Assembly: GCA_000997385.1 (NCBI GenBank)
Contig: LCBT01000001.1
Span: 307,663 to 371,662 of the forward strand
Reading direction: 5' to 3'
Origin: Candidatus Daviesbacteria bacterium GW2011_GWA1_41_61
Lineage (GTDB): Bacteria > Patescibacteriota > Microgenomatia > Daviesbacterales > UBA10151
Length of the DNA stretch: 64,000 nucleotides
Part shown: in pieces, positions 18,298 to 28,368 of the stretch
Layout: each line of letters starts with the position of its first letter
How positions within the stretch are numbered: position 1 is the stretch's first letter
Position numbers and translations under genes: made by a program
Notes under the pieces: generated by a model
Told to the model about the DNA's origin: nothing
The model's database searches: none
The model's input: the letters and a program-made list of their open reading frames with translations, nothing else

Positions 18298-19734
18298 TTA
18301 ATTAAGCATATAAGCTTTTTTGATCCTTCTTTTAGCTAAAGAGGTAACCACAAAGCCTAGCCAATCCCGGCTGGGCTTTTTTTTAGGGTCTTTAGATAAA
18401 GTCACCTCTACTATATCACCATTTTTTAACTTTGTGTCCAAAGAAACTACTTTACCATTAACTTTGACCCCCATCACCTGATTCCCCATCTGAGTGTGAA
18501 TATGGTAGGCAAAATCGATAGGTGTAGCCCCAGCCGGCAAATCTTTAACATCACCTTTGGGAGTGAAACAAAAGATTCTTTCTCCAAAAAGATCTGTTTT
18601 AATGGTTTTCAAAAATTCTTTGTCGTCAGTAATCTCAGTTTGCCAATCAGCGAGTCTTTTAACCCAGTCCAGTTTTTCAGCTGAGGCAGCAAATCCTTGA
18701 GTGATTTTTTCATCAGATAAACCACTCTCTTTTTTCTCAGCATAGTTCCAGTGTGCTGCCAATCCATATTCTGCTTCCTCATGCATCTTTCTGGTTCTTA
18801 TCTGAATCTCAAAGGGCAGATCTCCCGGTCCATAGACTTTAGTATGTAAAGATTGATAACCGTTAGGTTTAGGATGGGCAATATAATCAGAAAAAGGACC
18901 GGGTAAAGGTTTAAAAAGTTTATGGACAATATCTAAAGTTTTATAACAATCTTCTGTAGTATCAACAATGATCCTCAAAGCTATCAGATCATGAATTTTA
19001 TGCAGATCTTTATTAATCTCGGCTCTAGTTAATTTAGTATAAAGAGAATAGGCATGTTTAACCCGGCTTTGAATCTCTGCCTCAATACCTTGTTGTTTTA
19101 AAGCCAGCATTAACTTGGCTTTAATTTTTAGCAAAATTTTGCCCAAATTAGTCAAATCATTTTTAACGTAAGATTTAACCCAAGTGTATTCTTCAGGATA
19201 AAGATGCATAAAAGCCAGATCCTGCATCTGCCCTCTTAACTCTCCCATTCCCAATCTTTCTGCTAAGGGAGCAAAGATCTCTAAAGCTTTTTGACCAACT
19301 TCTTTCTTTTTAGGATTCTCCACATATTGTAAAGTAGTTAAATTGTCAAAAATATCAGCCAGCTTAATTAAAACTACCCGCAAATCTTTGGCCAAAACTA
19401 AAAACATTTTTCTTAAAGATTCTATAAAGTCATCTTTCATCTCATCTTTGGGTTTAATTAACCTGAGTTTTTCAAAAGATTCCATCATTTGGGCAATATC
19501 TTCACTAAACTCTGCCTTTATATCAGCCATATCAGCAGCGCCTTCATGAATACTGTGGTGTAAGATCGCAGCAGCTAGGGTAGAAGGGTCACTTACTTTA
19601 TAACGGATTAAAGTTTCTGCCACACGAAGACAGTGATCCACCACATCTTCGCCGGAGTTTCTTTTCTTACCGGCCAAAGAAAGTTTGGCAAAATCAATAG
19701 CTTGTTTAATGATCGGATTTTCCAAGGCTTGCAT
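18298..19734 (-). CDS. RelA/SpoT-family (p)ppGpp synthetase (HD-SYNTH-TGS, no ACT domain)
   Basis: DLRVVLIKLAD, FAPLAERLG, RVKHAYS, DYIAHPKPNGYQSLHT, EIQIRT, GLAAHWNY, TPIDFAY. Confidence 0.93.
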   Translation of the reverse strand: MQALENPIIKQAIDFAKLSLAGKKRNSGEDVVDHCLRVAETLIRYKVSDPSTLAAAILHHSIHEGAADMADIKAEFSEDIAQMMESFEKLRLIKPKDEMKDDFIESLRKMFLVLAKDLRVVLIKLADIFDNLTTLQYVENPKKKEVGQKALEIFAPLAERLGMGELRGQMQDLAFMHLYPEEYTWVKSYVKNDLTNLGKILLKIKAKLMLALKQQGIEAEIQSRVKHAYSLYTKLTRAEINKDLHKIHDLIALRIIVDTTEDCYKTLDIVHKLFKPLPGPFSDYIAHPKPNGYQSLHTKVYGPGDLPFEIQIRTRKMHEEAEYGLAAHWNYAEKKESGLSDEKITQGFAASAEKLDWVKRLADWQTEITDDKEFLKTIKTDLFGERIFCFTPKGDVKDLPAGATPIDFAYHIHTQMGNQVMGVKVNGKVVSLDTKLKNGDIVEVTLSKDPKKKPSRDWLGFVVTSLAKRRIKKAYMLN

Positions 19735-19735
19735 A

Positions 19736-21355
19736 TTAGGCTAATTGTAAATCTAAAACTTTCAGTTGCAAGGTGCTGTTACCATTAAACTGATTGATCT
19801 CTAAATAGTAAGCTGCATTAACCAGCTGCCCTTCTTCAAGTAAATTACTTAAATGGCCCAAAGAAAAAGCTATAGATTCTATCCCATCTGCCTTAAATTT
19901 CAAATGTTTCCTCTCCCCTACAGTTTTAAGACCAAAGACTCTTATATTCCTGGTAGCTAAAACCGGTTTAGGATTGCCAACCCCTGTTGGTTCAAATTTC
20001 TCCAGTTTAATAACCAGTTCCTTACTAAGTTTAGAGGAGCTAACCTCTAACTCTATCTCCAGCTCATCAACATCTTCAAAAACAGTCTCTCCCACAAGAC
20101 TTTCCAATCTCTTTTTAAAAACATCAATTTTAGAACTATCAATGGTAAAACCGGCAGCTTTAGGGTGTCCCCCTACATCATTTAACAAATCAGAACACTT
20201 TCTTAAAGTTTCCACAATATCCAAACCGTTAACCGATCTGGCTGAACCTTTCGATTCCGCTTCACCCCGCGATAAAACTATTGTTGGCAGATGATATTCT
20301 TCGGCCACTTTAGCAGCGATTAAACCGATAATTCCCGGGATCCATTTCTCGCTGTGAAGAACTAAAATTTTTTTCTTTCCCACTGTCTCATCCGGGTGAA
20401 GACCTTTTTCCTGAGCTATCATTTCCTTAGCTTCGACCGTAGCCTGCATGGAGAGTTGTTTTTTTTGATCATTAGCAGCGCATAAAAGTTGAGCTAGTTT
20501 TCTGGCTTTATCTTTGTCTTTAGTGCACAAAAGCCTAACCGAATCAATAGCATGCTCCAGCCTACCGATAGCGTTCAGACGAGGACCCAAAATATGCCCC
20601 ACCTCGTAAGAAGTAATTTTCCCAAAGTCCAGCCTTGATTCATAGAAAAGAGCCAGTAGTCCTGCCCTGTTGGTTTTATTAAGCTGAACCAAGCCCAAAG
20701 CTGTTAAGGCCCGGTTGACTCCCAAAAGAGGTACTAAATCACAAATAGTAGCTATTCCCACTAAGTCCAGCAGTTCTTCAGCTAAACCTTTACTGACTAA
20801 AGACCTCACCAGACACCACCCTACAGCTGTTCCGCACATCTTGGTACAGTGGATTAAAGCCAGACACTGAGGTTTTTCTTCTGCCGGCAGATGATGGTCA
20901 GTAATAATTAAATCTAAGCCAATTGCTTGGGCAAAACCAGCTTGTTCCAAAGCTACTATACCGTTGTCGACAGTAATAATTAAGGAGGCCCCTTTTTCTT
21001 TGATGGTTTGTAGACCCTCTTTGGATAAACCATAACCCTCTTTTTCCCGGTGGGGGATATAGGGTAAAACTTTAATCCCAAGTGAGGTTAAACCATGATA
21101 TAAAACAGCTGTCCCACACACTCCATCCACATCGTAATCTCCGTAAACAACAATCAGCTCTTTATTTTCGACAGCTTTCAAAATTCTTTTTTTAGCTTTT
21201 TCTATTCCAGGGATTTGCAGATCTGCCTCATAATCTTCTAATTTAGGATTAAAAAATTTTTCCTTTTCTTCTTCAGTTTTAATCCCTCTGTTAATAAGAA
21301 GTTGTTCTACTAAATCATCAGAAGTTTTTGGGGTAACTTTCCAAACCTTGGACAT
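19736..21355 (-). CDS. recJ: ssDNA exonuclease RecJ
   Basis: GDYDVDG, TVDNG, TDHH, GPRLNAIGR, GSARS, GGHPKAAG. Confidence 0.96.
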   Translation of the reverse strand: MSKVWKVTPKTSDDLVEQLLINRGIKTEEEKEKFFNPKLEDYEADLQIPGIEKAKKRILKAVENKELIVVYGDYDVDGVCGTAVLYHGLTSLGIKVLPYIPHREKEGYGLSKEGLQTIKEKGASLIITVDNGIVALEQAGFAQAIGLDLIITDHHLPAEEKPQCLALIHCTKMCGTAVGWCLVRSLVSKGLAEELLDLVGIATICDLVPLLGVNRALTALGLVQLNKTNRAGLLALFYESRLDFGKITSYEVGHILGPRLNAIGRLEHAIDSVRLLCTKDKDKARKLAQLLCAANDQKKQLSMQATVEAKEMIAQEKGLHPDETVGKKKILVLHSEKWIPGIIGLIAAKVAEEYHLPTIVLSRGEAESKGSARSVNGLDIVETLRKCSDLLNDVGGHPKAAGFTIDSSKIDVFKKRLESLVGETVFEDVDELEIELEVSSSKLSKELVIKLEKFEPTGVGNPKPVLATRNIRVFGLKTVGERKHLKFKADGIESIAFSLGHLSNLLEEGQLVNAAYYLEINQFNGNSTLQLKVLDLQLA

Positions 21356-21477
21356 AACTAGCAAATTGTAGCATAGATTTTAAAGTCGATCAGCCAATAT
21401 CCACCCCCGGGGTGAAATATGCGCAATAGCTCCTGGACCTTGCCTCTGTGAACTTAGAGACGTAAAATGACAACAGG

Positions 21478-22944
21478 ATGGAATACCAATTACCTAAAGA
21501 GGTCAAAAAAATTCTAAATAAATTAACCCAGGCAGGATACCAAGCCTATATAGTAGGAGGGGCGGTGCGTGATCTTTTAATGGGAAGAGAAGTTTCAGAT
21601 TGGGACTTTACTACGGATGCAAAACCAGAGGAGATCTTAAAAGTCTTCCCTGAAGGATTTTATGACAACAGATTTGGGACAGTCGGTATAGCAGCTGAGA
21701 ATATCGGTAAATATTTTGCGAGGGGTGACACGGAAGAGGACTCCCGTCGTCTCACCCGCACGACGAACGATAGTGAGGGGGAGGACGGACGACGGGATAC
21801 TGAAGTGGCAGGACCCCGAGCAAAAAGAGTTAAGCAGATTTTTGAAATAACTACCATGAGGAAGGAAGGAGTTTATCGGGATTTCCGCCACCCAATAGAA
21901 GTGTCTTGGACCAATAAAATAGAGGAAGATTTAGCCAGAAGAGACTTTACTATAAATGCCATGGCTTTATCAATTACAGAAGAGTTAATTGATCCGTTTG
22001 GTGGGCAAAGAGATCTACAAAATAAACTGATTCAAGCAGTTGGGGACCCCAAACTAAGATTTCAAGAAGATGCTCTCCGTTTAATGAGAGCAATCAGAAT
22101 TGCTACAGAACTTGGATTTGAAATTGAAAATAAAACCTGGCAAGCCATCCAGGAAAATGCTCCTCTTATCAGGAAAATTGCCTGGGAAAGAATCAGAGAT
22201 GAGCTGTTGAAAATTCTTGCTAGTTTGTATCCATACATAGGTATAGTAAAGCTTAGGGAAGCGGGGATACTGCCTATTATCTTACCTGAGGTAGAAAGAT
22301 GTTTTGGAGTTGTCCAAAAGGGACCAAAACATGCCAGAGTTTATGATATTGGAGAGCATTCCCTACTGACTTTAAAAGAGACCCCCTCCTCTGACCCATT
22401 AACTAGGTTAGCAGCTTTACTTCATGATATTGGCAAACCTGATACTTTAAAAATTGGAGTAGATAGTAATGTAACTTTTTACCATCATGAAGTAGTGGGA
22501 GGAAAATTGAGTTTACAAATTGCCAAAAGGTTTAATTTATCCAAAGACCAAACTGATAAACTTTACCGCTTAGCCAGATGGCATCTTTTTACCGTTGATG
22601 AAAAACAAACTGATTCTGCTATCAGAAGGTTTATCAAAAATATTGGAGTAGAAAATATAGATGACATGATGGCATTAAGAGTTGGTGACAGGTTAGGCGG
22701 AGGAACCCAAAAAGCAGTTTCCTGGAGAATGGAAAGGTTTAAAGAAAGAATTAAGGATGTTTTAAAAAAACCATTCTCTGTAACTGATCTTAATGTTAAT
22801 GGTAAAGATGTCATGGAAGTTTTAAAAATTAAACCAGGTCCCAAAGTGGGAGAAATTTTAAACAAATTATTTAAGGAAGTCCTAGAAGATGCTTCCAAAA
22901 ATAACAGAGACTATCTCTTAGAAAAAATTAAGTCACTTAAATAG
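21478..22944 (+). CDS. cca: CCA tRNA nucleotidyltransferase (class II, HD domain) with an in-frame insertion
   Basis: VGGAVRD, DWDFTT, DLARRDFTINAMA, EDALRLMRA, ERIRDEL, LLHDIGKP. Confidence 0.92.
   Translation: MEYQLPKEVKKILNKLTQAGYQAYIVGGAVRDLLMGREVSDWDFTTDAKPEEILKVFPEGFYDNRFGTVGIAAENIGKYFARGDTEEDSRRLTRTTNDSEGEDGRRDTEVAGPRAKRVKQIFEITTMRKEGVYRDFRHPIEVSWTNKIEEDLARRDFTINAMALSITEELIDPFGGQRDLQNKLIQAVGDPKLRFQEDALRLMRAIRIATELGFEIENKTWQAIQENAPLIRKIAWERIRDELLKILASLYPYIGIVKLREAGILPIILPEVERCFGVVQKGPKHARVYDIGEHSLLTLKETPSSDPLTRLAALLHDIGKPDTLKIGVDSNVTFYHHEVVGGKLSLQIAKRFNLSKDQTDKLYRLARWHLFTVDEKQTDSAIRRFIKNIGVENIDDMMALRVGDRLGGGTQKAVSWRMERFKERIKDVLKKPFSVTDLNVNGKDVMEVLKIKPGPKVGEILNKLFKEVLEDASKNNRDYLLEKIKSLK
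21714..21825. repeat. GC-rich nested palindromic element inserted in frame in cca
   Basis: ttttgcGAggggt/acccc GA gcaaaa, tcccgtcgtc/gacgacggga and ctcac/gtgag nested inverted repeats. Confidence 0.8.
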
Positions 22945-22945
22945 T

Positions 22946-23833
22946 TTAGTGGCCTAATCTTTCTTCCCAAAGGGCTAACAGGGCTGTGGCATTAAAGATG
23001 GAAGAATAAGTCCCGGAGATAATTCCTACCAGCAAGGCCACCACAAACCATTTAATAGACTCCCCTCCAAAAAGTAGGGTAGCCAGTAAAACAAAGATGA
23101 CTGTTAAAGAAGTATTTAAGGATCTGGCTAAAGTTTGGGTAATAGAAATATTGGCTACTTGGGAAAAATTTTTAGAAAGATGTTTGGGTAAATTTTCCCT
23201 AATCCTGTCAAAAACCACAATAGTATCATGAACGGAAAAACCGATGACTGTGAGGAGTGCTGTAACAAATAACACATCCACCTCAACCCCTAAAAAATGT
23301 CCTAAGATAGAAAAAAGTCCTACCACCACTAAAACATCATGTAATAGCGCCACCACTGCTGTAATACCAAACCTCCAGGAAGAAGCAGGTTTGGGAACTT
23401 TATAAAAAGCGATGGCCAAATAGATAACAATCATCACCGCCGCCAAGGCCACAGCAATGAAAGCATTTTTAGTGGTTTCTCCCCCAATAGTTGGTCCCAC
23501 ACTCTCTACCCTCATAATCTCAACTTTACCAAAATCCTTGCCTAAATTTTCTTTAACAGCCAAAATCTTTTCCTCTTTGGCATGTTTAGCTTTAATAATA
23601 TAACTCCCAGGCCCTGACTCGATAACCGAAGAAACTTCAATCTCCCCTTGACTAATTTTTTGACGCAGTTCATCTTTATTTAAAGGTTTTTCAAACCTAT
23701 ATTCCAACAATGTCCCTCCAGTAAAATCAATCCCCAGTTTTAAACCATATAAAAATAGGGAGATCACCCCCGGGATAATAATTAGGGTGGATAAAATAAA
23801 AAACCACCATTTTTTACCCATTAAATTATTCAT
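22946..23833 (-). CDS. secF: Protein translocase subunit SecF
   Basis: GIDFTGG, VGPTIG, GFSVHDTIVVFDRIRE, RSLNTS, GTYSSIF. Confidence 0.97.
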   Translation of the reverse strand: MNNLMGKKWWFFILSTLIIIPGVISLFLYGLKLGIDFTGGTLLEYRFEKPLNKDELRQKISQGEIEVSSVIESGPGSYIIKAKHAKEEKILAVKENLGKDFGKVEIMRVESVGPTIGGETTKNAFIAVALAAVMIVIYLAIAFYKVPKPASSWRFGITAVVALLHDVLVVVGLFSILGHFLGVEVDVLFVTALLTVIGFSVHDTIVVFDRIRENLPKHLSKNFSQVANISITQTLARSLNTSLTVIFVLLATLLFGGESIKWFVVALLVGIISGTYSSIFNATALLALWEERLGH

Positions 23834-24155
23834 GACATCTTATCTCCTCAATATCTTTATTAAACTCTTCAATTAACTTGTCCACCGTATGGTAAATTTG
23901 TTGCTGGGCATTGTCAATTCTGACAGTTAAAAACTCCATCATTTCTCCCTTGTCTGAAGTGGTCTTTAACATTTCTACAAAAATCTCTTTCTCATCTTGT
24001 TTTAGCTGAGAAAAGATGAAATCTAAAACAGTACTTTCAATGGTGGCATCAAGCAGTTTAGCCAGATGTTCTCTTTGCTCCTCAGACAAATCCAGGCCCT
24101 CCAGTTTTACCAGAACCGGCTCTATGTTAATTAGATGAGAATAAAAATAACTCAT
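23826..24155 (-). CDS. Hypothetical helical protein
   Basis: 109-aa ORF tightly coupled within the secD-secF run. Confidence 0.75.
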   Translation of the reverse strand: MSYFYSHLINIEPVLVKLEGLDLSEEQREHLAKLLDATIESTVLDFIFSQLKQDEKEIFVEMLKTTSDKGEMMEFLTVRIDNAQQQIYHTVDKLIEEFNKDIEEIRCHE

Positions 24156-24157
24156 GA

Positions 24158-25045
24158 CTAATTTTTCCCTTCTTTTATTGAAATTGGCCCCAAAGGAACC
24201 TCATCTTGGGGATCATCAACAAAAAAGTAAAGCACTGGCCCCTTCCTTGGTCCTTTAGCCAGTCCTAAAAAATGCATCACCTCAGGTGAACCTCCTAAAT
24301 GTTTTCCGGTCCACTCCGCCGGGCCGGCATCCCCAACGACTGCCACTACAGCCTGACCGCTTTGGGGATTCACTACTACCATTTTACGGAATTTAAAAAA
24401 ATCCCTAAACTTTCCCACATTCTCAGCAAATCCCGGAGCTAAAAAGGTCTGAACCGCCAGATAATACCTTTCCCTCTCTTTATCTTTGGCAGTAAAAGCC
24501 GCCTGGGAGGGGGCAAAATATCCCCAAGCTCCAAGTCCGGGAGCCATACCTGCAGGTCCATACATCGCCCAATCTGAAGCATTGTCGGCATGTTTAAAAA
24601 GATCATCTCCCGGGTAACGGTAAAGATGTTGCTCCCCGCCGATTAAGCCATAGGAACGGTTTAATCTGATCCCCTCAATCTCAGCAGCCACTCTAATATC
24701 TAATTTTTGGGAAACAGTTTGCCTAATTTTTTCCTCTTCTTGGGGGGTTAACTTCCCAACCTCACCCGGAACTTGATCTTTTAAAGCCTCAGCTAAAAGT
24801 TTATTTTTATCTTCAGCTTTGTTAATACTAGACCCTTGGGGGAAAGAGGCTAAACTATCAGCAACGCCGGGAAAAATCGCCGCAGCGGGAGTAGTCAAAA
24901 GCACCATCCCCCCCAGTCCTCCTATGGCCGCCCGCCGAAGAGAACTGCTATTATCTACTAACAGCTTGTCGCTTAAGGCCTTATGTTTGGCCAGCCATTT
25001 TTTTCTTAAGTGTTCATATTGAGGATTTTTTGAGTAAAACTTCAT
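24158..25045 (-). CDS. Membrane-anchored protein with a possible RlpA-like double-psi beta-barrel C-terminus
   Basis: TM segment; VVVNPQSGQAVVAVVGDAGP...LGGSPEVM resembles the DPBB VxVxDxGP motif. Confidence 0.6.
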   Translation of the reverse strand: MKFYSKNPQYEHLRKKWLAKHKALSDKLLVDNSSSLRRAAIGGLGGMVLLTTPAAAIFPGVADSLASFPQGSSINKAEDKNKLLAEALKDQVPGEVGKLTPQEEEKIRQTVSQKLDIRVAAEIEGIRLNRSYGLIGGEQHLYRYPGDDLFKHADNASDWAMYGPAGMAPGLGAWGYFAPSQAAFTAKDKERERYYLAVQTFLAPGFAENVGKFRDFFKFRKMVVVNPQSGQAVVAVVGDAGPAEWTGKHLGGSPEVMHFLGLAKGPRKGPVLYFFVDDPQDEVPLGPISIKEGKN

Positions 25046-25059
25046 AACTTCCCTACTAT

Positions 25060-26442
25060 CTACCGTCTAAACCTCGGTAATAACCTTAAAAAAGTTCTGG
25101 TTACCACAATGGCAGAAAACATCGAGACCATTACCCCAATAGCTAAAGTTAAAGCAAAACCCCGCACCACACTAGTACCAAAGATAATTAATATCGAAGC
25201 AGTGATCAAAGAAGAGATATTGGAATCCCTAATAGAGGTCCAGGCCCGGGAAAAACCATCTTCTAAAGCTAACCTACCGCTTTTCCCTGACCTTAGCTCA
25301 TCTTTAATCCTCTCAAAGGTCAAAATATTGGCATCAACAGCCATACCAACGGAAAGAATAAAACCGGCAATTCCGGCTAAGGTTAAGGTCACAGGGGGGA
25401 GAATAAACAGTCCGGTTCTAAAGACAGTTAAAACTAACAGAGTATAGATTATTAAGGCCAAATCTGCCAACAGTCCATAAATACCATAATAAGCCACCAT
25501 AAAAATCATCACTGCTAAAATACCAATAGCTCCTGCTATCAAGCTCTTCTCCACGGATTGATTGCCTAAAGTCGCCCCGATTGATCTTTGCTCTAAAATT
25601 TCAATTGGTACGGGCAAAGCGCCAGCGTTAAGTTGAATACTTAAATTTTTAGCCTCTTGGGAAGTAAAACTGCCGGTAATTACTCCGCTTCCGCCAATGA
25701 TCTCCTGCTGGACCGTCGGCGGAGGCCACATCAAAGGTACGTCATCTAAAAAAATCGCTAAAGGCTTACCGACATTTCTTTTAGTAATCTCAGCAAATTT
25801 TTTACCACCTTCCTCTGTAAACTCAATCGCCACCTGAGGCCCAGTCTTGGTTCCAGAAGAGCCGAAGGTCACTGAGGCTTTTTTCAGGTCTGCTCCGGTT
25901 AAACCGGTCGGCTGATAGGAAAAAATATCATTTAAAGCGGAAGAGGTGGCTTCTGCTGATGGTGAAGCCTGGGCTGAAGGGGTAGCCTGAGCAGATGAGG
26001 TGGCAGGACTCTCCCGAAACTCCAGCTGAGCAGTCCTACCCACTAAATTAACTGCCTCCTGAGGATCTTTAACTCCAGGCAACTCTACCAAAATTCTTCT
26101 TTGTTCGCCTAAAGTGGAAGATTGGACCACAGCTTCCGAGACTCCATATAAATTAACCCTTCTTTCAATTACTTGCCTGGCTGCTTCTAAAGCGGTATCA
26201 CGATCAGTAGAGTTAATCTTATCCATCTTCGTCTCCAAAGTTAACTGGGTTCCCCCCTGTAGATCTAAACCAAGTTTAATAGGAAACATTTGAGATAAAT
26301 TAGCTGGCGAAAAGAAGGCGACATTAATCTCTTGGCCAAAAACTCGAGCGTTTTGGGGAAAAGGCATTGTCGAAGGAACGTTTATAAACGCTGCCAAGAT
26401 AGTTATGACAATAATTAACCACAAAACTCTCCGTGGAGTCAT
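25060..26442 (-). CDS. secD: Protein translocase subunit SecD
   Basis: LGLDLQGG, RVNLYGVSE, LNAGALP, GMAVDANILTFERI, DSN. Confidence 0.97.
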   Translation of the reverse strand: MTPRRVLWLIIVITILAAFINVPSTMPFPQNARVFGQEINVAFFSPANLSQMFPIKLGLDLQGGTQLTLETKMDKINSTDRDTALEAARQVIERRVNLYGVSEAVVQSSTLGEQRRILVELPGVKDPQEAVNLVGRTAQLEFRESPATSSAQATPSAQASPSAEATSSALNDIFSYQPTGLTGADLKKASVTFGSSGTKTGPQVAIEFTEEGGKKFAEITKRNVGKPLAIFLDDVPLMWPPPTVQQEIIGGSGVITGSFTSQEAKNLSIQLNAGALPVPIEILEQRSIGATLGNQSVEKSLIAGAIGILAVMIFMVAYYGIYGLLADLALIIYTLLVLTVFRTGLFILPPVTLTLAGIAGFILSVGMAVDANILTFERIKDELRSGKSGRLALEDGFSRAWTSIRDSNISSLITASILIIFGTSVVRGFALTLAIGVMVSMFSAIVVTRTFLRLLPRFRR

Positions 26443-26486
26443 GAAAAGATTATATAATTTCAGCCGATGATTGTCAGCACTACAAT

Positions 26487-27071
26487 CTAAATCAATACTC
26501 CTAAGAGAAGATCTTCCTCGTCACCAATCAACATAATCTTAGACTGGGTGACAACTCTTAATATAAATGGATCGCGGCGCCTGACCCGGAATTGAAACTC
26601 GGCCTCATCCATAAAAGAATAATTGATCTCCTGATCTCTTTTAGCCTGCTCATTAGAAATGAGAGATTGTAGCTCCGGCAAAACAATTTGTCCCACCACC
26701 AAAAGATCAACATCCTCCGGACCGGAAGGCTGCCGTTTAAAAAAACGGGTGGCAATCATGGCATATTTAATCTTGCCTAATCTAACCCGGTTTTTAATTA
26801 TCTCTCCTCCTAAACCGCTCTGTTTGGCCACCATTCCCACCAACTGATGATAAAAAATATAGTCTTTACGGAAATGATAAAGTCTTCTGTTAGCCCGCCA
26901 TTCCGAAGCCACCATACCAAACTTTTCCATCCTTAAAAGTTCACGTCTGACAGCATTGATCTCTTCATCAACGCGGCGGACAATCTCCCTAACATGCAAC
27001 AGCGGTTCTTGGGAAGTCAAAAAGAGTGTTAGCAGTTTCACCCTCACCCGTGATATGAATAATTCTTCCAT
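26487..27071 (-). CDS. Winged-helix plus minimal nucleotidyltransferase-like protein
   Basis: HVREIVR...INAVRREL HTH; DVDLLVVG. Confidence 0.75.
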   Translation of the reverse strand: MEELFISRVRVKLLTLFLTSQEPLLHVREIVRRVDEEINAVRRELLRMEKFGMVASEWRANRRLYHFRKDYIFYHQLVGMVAKQSGLGGEIIKNRVRLGKIKYAMIATRFFKRQPSGPEDVDLLVVGQIVLPELQSLISNEQAKRDQEINYSFMDEAEFQFRVRRRDPFILRVVTQSKIMLIGDEEDLLLGVLI

Positions 27072-27111
27072 AAACTATTCCCTAACCTCCTTTCTAGGCA
27101 GAAGATTTATT

Positions 27112-28296
27112 TTAGTAGCTAACTTTTGCTCCCTCTGGGACAGTTTGAATCCAAATTAAACCACGGTTAAAAGCAATCTCTTTACCACGAAGATCAGTAT
27201 ACTTACTTCTAGCTACCCGGGAAGTTTTCTCCCACTTGCCCTCCGTAACCTTACCATCTTGAAAAATTAAAGCTTTACCGCTGCCAATGGTTTTATACAG
27301 AAGATGCAAGTTACCCTCATAACCATCATTAGCCCGTGATTCCCGTTGAAACTGCACCACCACAATTTTAGCTGCCAGTTGTTGGTTGTTGTTTAAATCC
27401 AAATGGGCAACTCCGCCGTTAGCTCTTTGATAACAGTTACAGGTTTGATCATAAGACCAACTAACGGAATAGTCACCTTTGCCTTGCCAAAACTCCACTT
27501 CTGCTTTTGAAGCCAAAGAGGTTAAAGTAGCATCAGTAGTAGTAGCTAAAGAATCGTTCTTAAACTCCCAAGGGGTAAACCACTGGCTTAATTGATCTTC
27601 TGTGTTTTCAACTACCCAGCCCTTTTTAGCCCCAATGGCCCAAAGCTTTTGAGTGGTGGAATACATAGTATGTTCGGTAGCTACAGGCCTGCCTAACCTT
27701 TGATAATCTCTCCAAAAAGTAGGAAAGCCGATACTGAATTGGTTTAAATCTTTAATTTTATATTTGATAATTTGCCCTAAGGCATTAGCCGGGCCTGGAG
27801 TATTAGCTCCTCCCACATGAGCATACAATCCGTCGTATTCGGAGAGCCAATCTAAAAAGTAGGTCCTGGCAGATCTCACCGGGCCTATCTGAACATCAGA
27901 GAGGTTGCAAAGATAGATGACCATAAAACGGGTAATCCCTCCTTCAGCCACAGCTTCATAGATAATATCGGCTGAAGAAAGTCCCGATTGGGGACGGGCC
28001 TCAGTTGAGTTTTCAATCATCACTGCTAGGGGGAACCTCTTCTCCCAATTTTCCCGGGCTTTTTGGGTCCGCATAGTGCCGTTTAAAGGGCACTCCTCCG
28101 TCCTGGGCTCTTTTTCATCCTCTACCAGAGCGGTGCTGGGACCAGGCAAAGGGCTATTATCGGCTATGGGAGTCCCTTGGATAGTCTTAAAAAAGACAGA
28201 ATAGGAGGCTCCGGCAGAAGATATAAAAAGGATTATTGATAGGATAGAAACAGCCAAACTTTTTTGTAAAGTAGATAAATTGTTAAAAAAGTTCAT
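27112..28296 (-). CDS. DUF3048 (YerB-like) membrane-anchored protein
   Basis: PLAVMIEN, ARPQSGL, AEGGITRF, GPVRSAR, AHVGG. Confidence 0.9.
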   Translation of the reverse strand: MNFFNNLSTLQKSLAVSILSIILFISSAGASYSVFFKTIQGTPIADNSPLPGPSTALVEDEKEPRTEECPLNGTMRTQKARENWEKRFPLAVMIENSTEARPQSGLSSADIIYEAVAEGGITRFMVIYLCNLSDVQIGPVRSARTYFLDWLSEYDGLYAHVGGANTPGPANALGQIIKYKIKDLNQFSIGFPTFWRDYQRLGRPVATEHTMYSTTQKLWAIGAKKGWVVENTEDQLSQWFTPWEFKNDSLATTTDATLTSLASKAEVEFWQGKGDYSVSWSYDQTCNCYQRANGGVAHLDLNNNQQLAAKIVVVQFQRESRANDGYEGNLHLLYKTIGSGKALIFQDGKVTEGKWEKTSRVARSKYTDLRGKEIAFNRGLIWIQTVPEGAKVSY

Positions 28297-28368
28297 AAAT
28301 TTCTACTGGATACAGAAATTACTCTTTTAATATACAGTTTTGGTTAGCTTTTTGTCAATTGGAGGTTA

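Noticed and set aside
21637-21891. Antisense ORFs over cca
   Set aside because: By-products of the GC-rich, stop-free palindromic insert
25935-26010. Ala/Ser/Pro/Thr repeats in SecD (ATSSAQATPSAQASPSAEATSSA)
   Set aside because: Low-complexity periplasmic linker, degenerate at the DNA level
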